From an uncultured Candidatus Saccharibacteria bacterium (GTDB lineage Bacteria > Patescibacteriota > Minisyncoccia > Phycocordibacterales > DATGWK01), in contig CAZBJL010000004.1 in the NCBI GenBank assembly GCA_964492195.1, positions 3,621 to 67,620 on the forward strand: a stretch of 64,000 nucleotides of DNA. Direction: 5' to 3'. Of this stretch, positions 46,822 through 56,042 are shown one piece after another (within the stretch, counting starts at the first letter, position 1; every line of letters begins with the position of its first letter). Made by a program: the position numbers and the translations under genes. A model generated the notes under the pieces. It worked only from the letters and a program-made list of their open reading frames with translations. It was not told where the DNA came from and did no database searches.

Positions 46822-48723
46822 CTACATCTTCGGTTCTGTGCCTTCTGGTCCTTCTTTGAATTCTGCGTCACGAGCGGTGTCTTTTCCATCACCATTTCCA
46901 GGATTTGTTTGTCCTCCTTGCGCACCTTGATTCATGTGCTGACCAATTTTCTGAATTTCGTTAGAAAGTTCAGTAGTTGCACTTTTAATAGCATCCATGT
47001 TGTCGCTATTCTTCTCTTTCTTAAGGGTTTCAATCTTGTCTGTAATTGATTTCTTTACATCGTCAGGTACTTTTGAACCTGCATCAGCAAGTGCCTTTTC
47101 TGTCGTATAGACGAGTTGTTCGGCGAGGTTTTTTGCTTCCACAAGATCTTTCTTTTTTCTGTCGTCTTCGGCATGTGCTTCAGCGTCTTTTTGCATTTTC
47201 AAGATGTCTTCTTTTGAAAGACCGGAACTTGCCTCAATTCGAATCGATTGCTCGCGATTACTTGCTTTGTCTTTTGCTTTCACGCTCAAAATACCGTTCG
47301 CGTCGATGTCAAAGGTGACTTCAATCTGCGGCATACCGCGCTGAGATGGTGGAATACCGTCGAGAATAAATCTGCCAAGGCTTTTATTATCTGATGCCAT
47401 TGGTCGTTCTCCTTGAAGGACGTGGATTTCAACAGAAGTTTGGTTGTCAGCAGCAGTCGAGAACACTTGAGATTTTGATGCAGGAACCGTTGTGTTCTTG
47501 TCGATCAATTTTGTTCCAACACCTCCCATTGTTTCGATTCCAAGAGAAAGCGGAATAACGTCGAGAAGTAAAATATCTTTTACATCTCCTGAAATAATTC
47601 CACCTTGAATTGCTGCACCAAGCGCCACAACTTCGTCAGGATTAATTGATTTGTTTGGTTCTTTGCCAAAGAATTTCTTTACTTCTTCAACAATTTTTGG
47701 CATTCGAGTCTGTCCTCCAACGAGAATAACTTCATTAAGGTCTCCTACTTTAAACGGAGATGCTTCCATCGCTCGCTTCGTGATCATGATTGCGCGATCA
47801 ATGAACTCTTGAACCAAATCTTCAAGTTTTGCTCGGCTCATTTTTAATACAAAGTGTTTTGGACCAGAGGCGTCTGAAGTAATGAATGGAATGTTGATTT
47901 CAGTATCAAGCGCAGTTGAGAGCTCGATTTTGGCTTTTTCAGCAGCTTCATCGAGGCGTTGGAGGGCGAATGCGTCAGTTCGAAGGTCGATACCGTGTTC
48001 TTTTTTAAATTCTTCTGCAAGCCAGCCGATTATTTTCTGGTCAATGTCGCGACCGCCCAAATGACTGTCTCCGTCAGTAGATTTTACTTCAACGATTTCG
48101 TCGCCAACTTCGAGAATGGAAATATCAAAAGTTCCACCTCCAAAATCGAAGACGGCAATTTTCTCTTCTTTCTTTTTATTAAAACCATACGCAAGGGCAG
48201 CAGCTGTTGGTTCGTTAATGATTCGTTTTACATCAAGACCAGCAATTTGTCCTGCGTCTTTCGTTGCCTTTCTTTGTGCATCGTTAAAGTATGCCGGAAC
48301 GGTAATGATTGCTTCTGTAACCTTTTCACCAAGTTTTGCTTCGGCATCGCTTTTTAGTTTCTGCAAAATCATCGCTGAAATTTCTTCTGGGCGATAGTCT
48401 TTTCCAGACATTTTAACCATGACGCCGCCGTCTGTTCCTTTTGAAATGTCGTACGGAACATTTGCTTTGTCGCGCTGAACAGCCGGATCCTCAAAATTGT
48501 GACCAATGAAGCGTTTAATACCAACAATTGTTCCCTTCGGATTTGTTACAGACTGGCGTTTTGCCAAAAGTCCAACGAGTCGTTCGCCGGTTTTTGAAGT
48601 AGCAATAATAGACGGAGTAGTTCTTCCACCTTCAGAATTTTCAAGAATTTTTGGACCACCGATGTCCATGACTGCAACGGCTGAATTTGTTGTTCCAAGA
48701 TCGATTCCAATTATTTTTGCCAT
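46822..48723 (-). CDS. dnaK: Chaperone DnaK
   Basis: [25 protein letters not shown] and NPDEVVA motifs. Confidence 0.98.
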   Translation of the reverse strand: MAKIIGIDLGTTNSAVAVMDIGGPKILENSEGGRTTPSIIATSKTGERLVGLLAKRQSVTNPKGTIVGIKRFIGHNFEDPAVQRDKANVPYDISKGTDGGVMVKMSGKDYRPEEISAMILQKLKSDAEAKLGEKVTEAIITVPAYFNDAQRKATKDAGQIAGLDVKRIINEPTAAALAYGFNKKKEEKIAVFDFGGGTFDISILEVGDEIVEVKSTDGDSHLGGRDIDQKIIGWLAEEFKKEHGIDLRTDAFALQRLDEAAEKAKIELSTALDTEINIPFITSDASGPKHFVLKMSRAKLEDLVQEFIDRAIMITKRAMEASPFKVGDLNEVILVGGQTRMPKIVEEVKKFFGKEPNKSINPDEVVALGAAIQGGIISGDVKDILLLDVIPLSLGIETMGGVGTKLIDKNTTVPASKSQVFSTAADNQTSVEIHVLQGERPMASDNKSLGRFILDGIPPSQRGMPQIEVTFDIDANGILSVKAKDKASNREQSIRIEASSGLSKEDILKMQKDAEAHAEDDRKKKDLVEAKNLAEQLVYTTEKALADAGSKVPDDVKKSITDKIETLKKEKNSDNMDAIKSATTELSNEIQKIGQHMNQGAQGGQTNPGNGDGKDTARDAEFKEGPEGTEPKM

Positions 48724-48760
48724 GGTTTTATGTAATTAAATCGTGTAATAATTTGCCTCA

Positions 48761-48789
48761 AGTATATTCGTCTCACCTCTCAATTTCAA
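48761..48789 (-). promoter_or_regulatory. Internal promoter for dnaK
   Basis: TTGAAA, 17 nt, TATACT on the minus strand between grpE and dnaK. Confidence 0.65.
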
Positions 48790-48792
48790 GTT

Positions 48793-49407
48793 CTAGCCTG
48801 TATGTGTACCAACTCGAACTTTTGCGGGACTAATAACTCTTTCATGCAGTTTGTAGCCTTTTTGCAACACAGAAAGCACCACATGATCTTCTTCGGGATT
48901 TTGCGTGCTAATCATTCCAACGGCTTCTGCGAGGGTGGGATCAAATTGCTTTCCAAGCGGATTGATTACTTCCACATTGTGCTCCGCAAGAATTGCGAGA
49001 AGTTTGCTATAAATTTGCTCAATTCCTTTTCGCCAATCCGCTGGTACATTCTCGAGTGTTTCAGAATTCGCAAACGCAATATCAAAACTTACAAGTACAG
49101 GAATAATTTCTGACACGAGATTCGCTTCTGCAAATTTAACCAAAAGTTTGTTTGCTTCTTGGTCTTGCTTCCGAGCGTTTATAAAATCTGCTTTGGCTCG
49201 CTGCCAGCCGGTAAGGTATTCCCCTTTCTCTTCTTCGCTCTTTTTGAGTTTTGTTCTTAAATCAGCAACAACATCTTTATTTCCTTTTGCAGTAAATTCT
49301 GAAAATTCAGCATCTTTTTCAAGTGTGCGGTCGTCGGTTTCAGATTCAGGAGTTATTGGGTCAGTTTCTTTTGTTTCAAAATCTTTTTCGTTACGTGATG
49401 TATCCAT
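48793..49407 (-). CDS. grpE: Nucleotide exchange factor GrpE
   Basis: QRAKADFIN, FDP...EA, QKGY and PAKVRV motifs. Confidence 0.93.
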   Translation of the reverse strand: MDTSRNEKDFETKETDPITPESETDDRTLEKDAEFSEFTAKGNKDVVADLRTKLKKSEEEKGEYLTGWQRAKADFINARKQDQEANKLLVKFAEANLVSEIIPVLVSFDIAFANSETLENVPADWRKGIEQIYSKLLAILAEHNVEVINPLGKQFDPTLAEAVGMISTQNPEEDHVVLSVLQKGYKLHERVISPAKVRVGTHTG

Positions 49408-49473
49408 AGTTATAATTTCTGATTGCAACTACTGCTAATCATGTGCAAAAAACATTTCGCCGCACTGTACAAA

Positions 49474-49896
49474 CTATCGCTTAGACCACTGTGGAGATTT
49501 TCGAGCTTTCTTGAGACCGAACTTGCGGCGTTCTTTTGCTCGTGGATCACGTTTCAAAAAGCCGAGTTGTTTGATTTCTTTTCTCAAACTTTGGTCGTAT
49601 GTCAAAAGTGCTCGAGAAATACCGTGTCGGAGTGCTTCAGCTTGTGCACTGATACCACCACCTTGGATGTGAGCTTGGACTTTAAATTTGACTGGGAGTT
49701 TCGTCTGTGTAAAAGGACTTTTTGCGGTTACCTGGAGTTGTTCTGTTGGGAAATATACGGGAAGATCGAGATCGTTTATGCTAAAAGATGACTTTGCGGC
49801 TTCGAAAATTCGAACGCGGGCAATTGCAGTCTTACGACGGCCAATGGCTTCGATGTATCTTCCTTCTGTATTCTTTTTTGTGCTTACTGGTTCCAC
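49474..49896 (-). CDS. rpsI: 30S ribosomal protein S9
   Basis: GRRKTAIARV, GGG..AQA and KARKSPQWSKR motifs. Confidence 0.97.
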   Translation of the reverse strand: MEPVSTKKNTEGRYIEAIGRRKTAIARVRIFEAAKSSFSINDLDLPVYFPTEQLQVTAKSPFTQTKLPVKFKVQAHIQGGGISAQAEALRHGISRALLTYDQSLRKEIKQLGFLKRDPRAKERRKFGLKKARKSPQWSKR

Positions 49897-49901
49897 TTTG
49901 T

Positions 49902-50246
49902 TTATTCGGTAACGTGAAGATTTTTAATCATTTGTGCACGAAGCTTGTTTGTTGGCAACATACCATACACTGTTTTTCTGAAAAGTTCCTTGTATCCTTT
50001 TTCTTTAATAAAACGTTCGATTGATACCTCTTTGAGGTTACCTCGATATCCGGTGTGATGACGGAAAACTGTATCGTTTAGTTTCTTTGAACTGATTTTA
50101 ACTTGAGAAGCGTTCGAAATATGAACTTCAACCGGGGCAACTGCATTTCTCTTGTAGCCAGTCATTTTTTTGCCCATAAGCATAGTCGCTGCCTCGCTTG
50201 CAACGCGACCAAGACTCTTATTCGCAGTGTCGATTGTGTATTTCAT
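49902..50246 (-). CDS. rplM: 50S ribosomal protein L13 (short form)
   Basis: LGRVAS, LMGK, HTGY.G.L and VYGMLP.NKL motifs. Confidence 0.93.
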   Translation of the reverse strand: MKYTIDTANKSLGRVASEAATMLMGKKMTGYKRNAVAPVEVHISNASQVKISSKKLNDTVFRHHTGYRGNLKEVSIERFIKEKGYKELFRKTVYGMLPTNKLRAQMIKNLHVTE

Positions 50247-50247
50247 A

Positions 50248-50595
50248 TTAAACAAATTCGATTATGGCCTGTCGTGCGCCATCGCTCTCTCGTCGAACGA
50301 GCTTGGTTATCCTAACATATCCACCTTTTCGGTCAGCATATTTTGGACTGATGGTCATAGCAATCTTTTTTGCACTTGCGTCACCGATGAGATTAGCAAT
50401 GCCACGTCGTGATGCAAGAGTTTGCTTTTTGCCGTTTGTAACAAGTCTTTCAATGTATGGACGAAGCGCCTTGGCTTTTTCTTCTGTAGTTTTGATTTTT
50501 TCGTCACGAACAAGAGAGACGGCTAAAGAACGCATGAGGGCAATACGCTGTCCTCGTTCTCTTCCGAATTTTTTGATTTTGCTGTGATGTCTCAT
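50248..50595 (-). CDS. rplQ: 50S ribosomal protein L17
   Basis: MRH, IKTT..KAK and GGYVRI motifs. Confidence 0.96.
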   Translation of the reverse strand: MRHHSKIKKFGRERGQRIALMRSLAVSLVRDEKIKTTEEKAKALRPYIERLVTNGKKQTLASRRGIANLIGDASAKKIAMTISPKYADRKGGYVRITKLVRRESDGARQAIIEFV

Positions 50596-50638
50596 GGTAT
50601 TGGTCTGACACTATAACACGGGTATCGCTTGGATTCAA

Positions 50639-51592
50639 TTATTCGAGAGTCATTCCGAAATCGGCCAAAACTTTCTTGATTTCGCCAATTCCCTTTGCTC
50701 CTAAACCTTCAATTTCCAAAATATCTTTCTTCTTCTTTCTTACTAAACCGCCAACTGTTCGAATGTTTGCAAGAGTAAGAGCGTTAATAGTTCGCTGTGA
50801 AAGATTGATAGTTTCGATACGAGTTTTCAAAAGTTCCTGATCAAGTTCTTTGCTGTCGCCGTCATTTTCTGTAGGCATGTCATTTTGCACAATTTCTTCT
50901 TCTTTAAAACCAATGATTGCTTTCAATTGGTTAATCATGATTTCAATAGATTTTTCGATCGCTTCACGAGGAGTGATAGTACCGTCAGTTTCGATATTGA
51001 TTCGAAGTCGGTTGAAATCTGTTCGATCGCCAACTCGCATATTTTCAACTTCGTAGCTCACTTTTCGGATTGGAGTGAAAACCGCATCAACTGCAATGGT
51101 ACCGATATCAACTCGATTTTTCTGGAGAGATTCTTTTGAAACAAAACCAAGACCTTTCTCAACAGTAATTTCCATAGAAAGTTCTGCGTTTTTGTCTGTT
51201 GTGTGGGCAATAACGAGATCAGGATTAAGAACGGTAACTTGGCCAGGAACTTTGATATCGCTCGCTTTGATTTCTTGAGCGCCTTTGATTTTAAGAGTGA
51301 GTGTTTGAGGTTCGTCAGTAAGCATCTTAATGCGAACTCGTTTGAGGTTCAAAAGAAGTGTGATTGCATCTTCCTTGACGCCATTCATTGATGAAAACTC
51401 ATGACTTACGCCAGCAATTTTCACAGATGTAATAGCTGCACCAGGAAGAGATGACAAAATCATTCGTCGGAGTGAATTTCCGAGTGTGTGGCCGTAGCCA
51501 GGATAAAAACCATCGATTTCGTATACCCCAGCGAACTCTGTTTCGCTTACTACCTTAGGTTTTGATGGTAAAACAATTGAATGATGAATCAT
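50639..51592 (-). CDS. rpoA: RNA polymerase alpha subunit
   Basis: GYGHTLGNSLRR, HEFS, DAVFTP, VENMRVG and alphaCTD LSQRT.NAL motifs. Confidence 0.97.
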   Translation of the reverse strand: MIHHSIVLPSKPKVVSETEFAGVYEIDGFYPGYGHTLGNSLRRMILSSLPGAAITSVKIAGVSHEFSSMNGVKEDAITLLLNLKRVRIKMLTDEPQTLTLKIKGAQEIKASDIKVPGQVTVLNPDLVIAHTTDKNAELSMEITVEKGLGFVSKESLQKNRVDIGTIAVDAVFTPIRKVSYEVENMRVGDRTDFNRLRINIETDGTITPREAIEKSIEIMINQLKAIIGFKEEEIVQNDMPTENDGDSKELDQELLKTRIETINLSQRTINALTLANIRTVGGLVRKKKKDILEIEGLGAKGIGEIKKVLADFGMTLE

Positions 51593-51612
51593 ATAAATAT
51601 AAAAATAATGAA

Positions 51613-52236
51613 TTAACGACTATAAAATTCGATCACCGCGTTGAGATCAAAGATGGTATCGACTTTTGCTGCCATCGACGGTGTTCCGGAAATTGTGGCC
51701 ATGATTTTGTCTGGGTTCGCTTGAATCCAGGTTGGCGCTGTAAAATTTTTCATTCGATTCTCTGCTTCTGCAAACAAAGGCTTTTTCGCACTACCTTCTC
51801 TCACCCCGATCACATCACCTTCAGAAACTTGGTATGAAGGAATGTTGAGTCTTCGGCCATTGACGGTGATGTGACCGTGAGAAACCATCTGGCGAGCACC
51901 AGAACGAGTTGTTGCGAGGCCCATTTTGTAGACAACGTTATCGAGTCTTGTTTCGAGTAAGGCAAAAAGAGTTGGAACAGTACTGTTTTTTGAAGCGATT
52001 GCTTTACGAACGTAGTTAGAAAACTGTCGTTCTGTCAAAAGGTATGTAAATCGAGCTTTTTGCTTTTCGATCAATTGTTCTCCGAATGCAGACTTTTGTC
52101 TTGGACCACGACGACCTCCTGTTGAAGATTTTTTAGATTTTCGAGCAAGAGAAAGTGCATACTTTGGGCTCTGAGTTTTTTCAAACACAGGAGCGTTCAA
52201 ACGACGAGCAATTTTGTATTTTGGTCCAATTATCAT
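51613..52236 (-). CDS. rpsD: 30S ribosomal protein S4
   Basis: QLIEKQK, LETRLDNVV, ARQMVSHGH and IEFYSR motifs. Confidence 0.97.
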   Translation of the reverse strand: MIIGPKYKIARRLNAPVFEKTQSPKYALSLARKSKKSSTGGRRGPRQKSAFGEQLIEKQKARFTYLLTERQFSNYVRKAIASKNSTVPTLFALLETRLDNVVYKMGLATTRSGARQMVSHGHITVNGRRLNIPSYQVSEGDVIGVREGSAKKPLFAEAENRMKNFTAPTWIQANPDKIMATISGTPSMAAKVDTIFDLNAVIEFYSR

Positions 52237-52251
52237 AAAAATATTTAAAGT

Positions 52252-52692
52252 TTATACTCGTCGTGGGCGAGGTGGTCGCGGACCGTTATGTGGAACAGGT
52301 GTGATGTCTGAAATCGATTTGATTGCAGCACCTCGTGAGACAAATCCACGAATCGCTGCTTCTCGACCAGAACCAACACCTCGAACAAAGACAGAGATTT
52401 CTTTTACTCCGATAGCTTGTGCCTTAAGAGCGAGAGTTTCCCCAACCTTTGCCGCTGCGAAAGGAGTTCCCTTTTTTGCACCAGAGAAACCAAGTGCGCC
52501 GCTTGAAGATGTGGCGATAGTGTTACCGTTCATGTCGGTCAATACGAGCTTTGTATTGTTGTATGTTGATTCAACGCAAAGTCGGGCGCTTTCTACTTTG
52601 CGTTTAGAAGAAACTGCAGGGGCTTGCGCCACTTTCTTCTCTTCTGTTCCCGCTGGAGCGGTTTCTTCTTTTTTTATAGCTCGTTTTCCCAT
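52252..52692 (-). CDS. rpsK: 30S ribosomal protein S11
   Basis: STYNNT, KKGTPFAA and DITPVPHNG motifs. Confidence 0.97.
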   Translation of the reverse strand: MGKRAIKKEETAPAGTEEKKVAQAPAVSSKRKVESARLCVESTYNNTKLVLTDMNGNTIATSSSGALGFSGAKKGTPFAAAKVGETLALKAQAIGVKEISVFVRGVGSGREAAIRGFVSRGAAIKSISDITPVPHNGPRPPRPRRV

Positions 52693-52703
52693 GGTTGTAT
52701 GAA

Positions 52704-53084
52704 TTACTTCTTATCTACGGTCTTTTTACCGCTACCCATGGTCTTTCGGACGTTTCCACGGCGAGTTCGGGAATTTGTCTTTGTTCGCTGGCCACGTGAT
52801 GGTAACCCACGAGCATGACGCATACCTCGGTAATTTTTAATATCTTTAAGGCGTTTAATGTTTGCTTCAACTTCGCGTTTGAGGTCACCTTCAATTTTAA
52901 AATCTCCGATGATCTTTCGGATAGCATTTTCCTGATCAGCAGAGAGCTCTGCTGGTTTGAGACCAACGTCAACATTTGCTTGAGACAAAATAGAGAGAGC
53001 TCGTGAACGACCAACACCAAAAAGAGTGGTGAGACCAATTTCAAGCCGTTTATTATCCGGAATGGTAATACCTAGAATTCTCAT
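52704..53084 (-). CDS. rpsM: 30S ribosomal protein S13
   Basis: EGDL.RE and YRGMRH.RGLP.RGQRTKTN motifs. Confidence 0.97.
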   Translation of the reverse strand: MRILGITIPDNKRLEIGLTTLFGVGRSRALSILSQANVDVGLKPAELSADQENAIRKIIGDFKIEGDLKREVEANIKRLKDIKNYRGMRHARGLPSRGQRTKTNSRTRRGNVRKTMGSGKKTVDKK

Positions 53085-53087
53085 AAA

Positions 53088-53204
53088 TTATCCTTGTCTT
53101 TGCTTATGTCGTGGATTGCTTTTGCACACAACGTATAAAAAGCCTTTTCGTCTGACAATCTGGCATTTGGCACAAATTTTTTTTACAGATGATTTTACCC
53201 TCAT
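53088..53204 (-). CDS. rpmJ: 50S ribosomal protein L36 (Zn-binding form)
   Basis: Manual translation [38 protein letters not shown]; below the ORF-track length cutoff. Confidence 0.96.
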   Translation of the reverse strand: MRVKSSVKKICAKCQIVRRKGFLYVVCKSNPRHKQRQG

Positions 53205-53205
53205 T

Positions 53206-53427
53206 TTACAGACGTTTGACTATTCTACCTTTACCACCATATGGATCAATTTCGATTGAAACTTTATCTCCGATGAGAACACGAATTCTGTGGAGCCTCA
53301 TTTTGCCCGCTAAGTACGTCAGTATTTCGTTTTCCTCACCTTCAATTTTTACTTTGAAAAGCGTATTTGGAAGTGATTCCGTAACTACACCAGACACAGT
53401 TTTAACCGGTTTTTTATTGTCTTGCAT
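53206..53427 (-). CDS. infA: Translation initiation factor IF-1
   Basis: [21 protein letters not shown] and GRI motifs. Confidence 0.96.
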   Translation of the reverse strand: MQDNKKPVKTVSGVVTESLPNTLFKVKIEGEENEILTYLAGKMRLHRIRVLIGDKVSIEIDPYGGKGRIVKRL

Positions 53428-53450
53428 CACTTAAAATCGCAATGAACCAT

Positions 53451-53480
53451 AGTCTAACAGACATACCCCTTGGCAGTCAA
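53451..53480 (-). promoter_or_regulatory. Promoter of the infA-alpha operon
   Basis: TTGACT, 18 nt, TGt-TAGACT. Confidence 0.7.
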
Positions 53481-53500
53481 CAATATACGCTATAGCGCGG

Positions 53501-54847
53501 CTATAAAGCCGGCTCAACGATAACTTTTATCTTGTCAGAGTTCTTTGGAAGTGTGAAGAACCAGACGGGGGTTATTGTGACATTTGCCTTCTCTATTGAG
53601 TCGAAATCTGCCAAACGAGCGCTTACATTAGACCTTTTTTGGCCAACCAAGCTGTCGGAAATTTGAACCTGGTCGATCTGCCAGACGAACTTTGCATTAC
53701 CAGCAAGCTTGAATGAGAGCGTTTTACTTGTTGCAGGATTAAAGGTGGCAATATTGTCTATTGAGAACGTAAGTGAATCGAGATTTGCTACATCAACATT
53801 TTTATTTTCACCACTGATTTGAAGATTGGTTAAGAATTTCGAAAGATCTTCTTTTGCAAAAATGATTCCGTAAATATCCCCTTTTTCTGTAATGAGCGCA
53901 GTTGAGGTACTTGTGTTGGCACCTTGAGGTAATTCTGCAAAGCTAAACGTTGAAGCGTTCTTGAATAAAATATGAGTGTCAGGAATCTGTGAAGCCAAAG
54001 TGTCCTGAAGGTCGTTCTTGAGCTTTGTTTCTATTGCGGCTTTTGCTGAAGCGGCGTCTGTAGGGGTAACTTTTTTAACTACCCCAGAAAAACCACCGGC
54101 AATAGGAGATGCGGGGTCAGATTTTGCTGAAAACTTTTCGAATCGAGGGTCACCTTTGAATCCAGGAATGGTGAAATCAGCAAGACCAATGTTGTACGAA
54201 GTTCCAGGCTGGTCAGCGTATACCGTTACCGCAATAGTTCCCGGAGTAGCGACACCGTTGGTTATTTTCTGTCCTGGCACGGTAACCTGGTCAGCAATTC
54301 TAAAAATGAGGCCTTCCGATGTTTCAAAACGGGTCTTTGCAATGAGAACTTGGGGTGAAGCGCTGTAGTTGTTGTAAATAACAACCTTGCCGGATGCTTT
54401 TTTATCTACTTTCTCTTCTCCACTGGCTCGGACCTCTTTGTTTGACTGGCGGCTCAAGGTGACGATTGTGTACGCAAGCTGGCCGTCTGTAGGTTCGAGA
54501 GCTGCAGTGCCAGAGATGTTTATAGGAAGGTTCGACTCTTTAGGGGTAACGGTAACGGTCGCTGATACAAAAAGGAATGAACCTGCGTAGAGAAAGACAA
54601 AAAGAATGGCGACAGCTCCTGCCCAAACCCAGATCTTCCTTGAACCCTTGCTTGTTTTAGAAGACTTCGGTGGAGTTTTTTTGATTGGTTTTTCTTGTAC
54701 TGCTTCTTCTGGAATCTTTTTTGTAATCACTTCCTTTGGAGCATCTTCGACAGGTGCAGCAAAATCTGATTTAGCATCAGGTAAAGGAATATTCCTGATT
54801 GAACGTCGGCTGCCTGGAACTATATCTTGTACAAATTTTTTAGGCAT
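53501..54847 (-). CDS. Bitopic membrane protein with baseplate-J-like extracytoplasmic domain
   Basis: Basic, low-complexity N-terminus, one TM, then KASGKVVIYN, TRFETSEGLIF, V.ADQPG.SYNI and IAGG..G motifs resembling baseplate J/gp47 proteins. Confidence 0.6.
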   Translation of the reverse strand: MPKKFVQDIVPGSRRSIRNIPLPDAKSDFAAPVEDAPKEVITKKIPEEAVQEKPIKKTPPKSSKTSKGSRKIWVWAGAVAILFVFLYAGSFLFVSATVTVTPKESNLPINISGTAALEPTDGQLAYTIVTLSRQSNKEVRASGEEKVDKKASGKVVIYNNYSASPQVLIAKTRFETSEGLIFRIADQVTVPGQKITNGVATPGTIAVTVYADQPGTSYNIGLADFTIPGFKGDPRFEKFSAKSDPASPIAGGFSGVVKKVTPTDAASAKAAIETKLKNDLQDTLASQIPDTHILFKNASTFSFAELPQGANTSTSTALITEKGDIYGIIFAKEDLSKFLTNLQISGENKNVDVANLDSLTFSIDNIATFNPATSKTLSFKLAGNAKFVWQIDQVQISDSLVGQKRSNVSARLADFDSIEKANVTITPVWFFTLPKNSDKIKVIVEPAL

Positions 54848-54854
54848 TATGATT

Positions 54855-56018
54855 TCATTTTACAAGAGTCGGATGTTGTTTGTAAACAATTTCACTGTGT
54901 GGAAGTCGGTTGTGAATGTAGATTGAAGAAAGCGCCACAAAAATATTTGGCATTTCGTCAGTACCGAACTCCGCAAACTGAGAAAGATTTGATCGAGAAA
55001 GAGAAATTGTGTTCGGAGTTTGTTTTTCGAGTATGTCTTTAAACACCGCGGAAATATTTTGATCTGAAATAAAGAAAGATCGCTGTGGCAAAAAATGTTC
55101 GTGGTCACTTCCCTTCTCCTGAACTGCCGTTTGGAGACATAATCGCCATTCTTCGCCAAAAGCTGCCACAAGTGCCTTCATTTTTTCCTTCATTTCAGCA
55201 TCGGCGGTGTCACTCGCATAGAGGTTGATGAGCGTACCAGCGAGTTCGGGGTGTGTGTCGAAATGCACCGCAACATTCCGTACAAGGTGGTTTTTGCCAA
55301 GCGGAAGTGAAATAACCGACGAGATTGAACCATGTCGAACAACAAGAACATCACTTACTTCACTCCCAATATCTATAAAAATAAAGTCTTCTTTGGGAGC
55401 AAAGAGCGGCACAATAACGTTCCAGGCAACAAAGGGAAGGCTGTGGAAGGTTACAGCCGTCGGATGGATCAACGTATGAATTTCAGAGTCGATTTTCTTG
55501 CACAAATCCTCGGAAGTGATTCCGGCATAGACCGAAAGATCAATTGATTTTGCTGATTTTCCATATGGATTAATGGTTTCGTAGCCATTTAACTTTATAT
55601 GAGATGGGATCTTTTCAATAAGAACGTCAGTGTCTCCGATATTGTTCTTAGAAATTGATTTGATCTGTTCATCGACAAGTTTTTCGATCATTTTTTGAGA
55701 CACAACAAAGGCAGACTCGCTTTTGAGACTTACCTGTTTAGAAAAAGAAGAAAACCACGGAGAAGCGAGCACAATGCTCACTGTGTGGATTCTTTTTCTG
55801 TGTTTTTCGTGAAGAGTTTTTACAACTGTCTGCAACGCGGCAAACATATGTGTAGACAAACTTTCTGCAGTGATTTTTTCTTTTACAGGAAACTGCGATT
55901 CATGAGTAAGCTCAATTTTTGGTAGTAAGCCCTTGGTGAATTGCACAACAGAGCCCGACACTCCGCCGCTTCCAATAAAAATAACGAGATCGTGTTCTTT
56001 TGAGCTTAGAAAGGACAT
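54855..56018 (-). CDS. PilM/FtsA-like actin-fold protein with degenerate nucleotide motifs
   Basis: VIFIGSGGV (phosphate-1-like), LNGY...NP.G, FIDIGSEVSDV (phosphate-2-like) and LPLGKNHL motifs. Confidence 0.6.
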   Translation of the reverse strand: MSFLSSKEHDLVIFIGSGGVSGSVVQFTKGLLPKIELTHESQFPVKEKITAESLSTHMFAALQTVVKTLHEKHRKRIHTVSIVLASPWFSSFSKQVSLKSESAFVVSQKMIEKLVDEQIKSISKNNIGDTDVLIEKIPSHIKLNGYETINPYGKSAKSIDLSVYAGITSEDLCKKIDSEIHTLIHPTAVTFHSLPFVAWNVIVPLFAPKEDFIFIDIGSEVSDVLVVRHGSISSVISLPLGKNHLVRNVAVHFDTHPELAGTLINLYASDTADAEMKEKMKALVAAFGEEWRLCLQTAVQEKGSDHEHFLPQRSFFISDQNISAVFKDILEKQTPNTISLSRSNLSQFAEFGTDEMPNIFVALSSIYIHNRLPHSEIVYKQHPTLVK

Positions 56019-56042
56019 TGAATCCTTATAGTATAACAGAAC

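Noticed and set aside
49425-49450. Possible CIRCE element upstream of grpE (TTAGCAGT)
   Set aside because: Only a partial half-site; no GAGTGCTAA arm at 9-nt spacing and no hrcA in the window.
53501-54847. Prophage suggested by the baseplate-J-like domain
   Set aside because: The protein is membrane-anchored and flanked by housekeeping genes, with no other phage genes.
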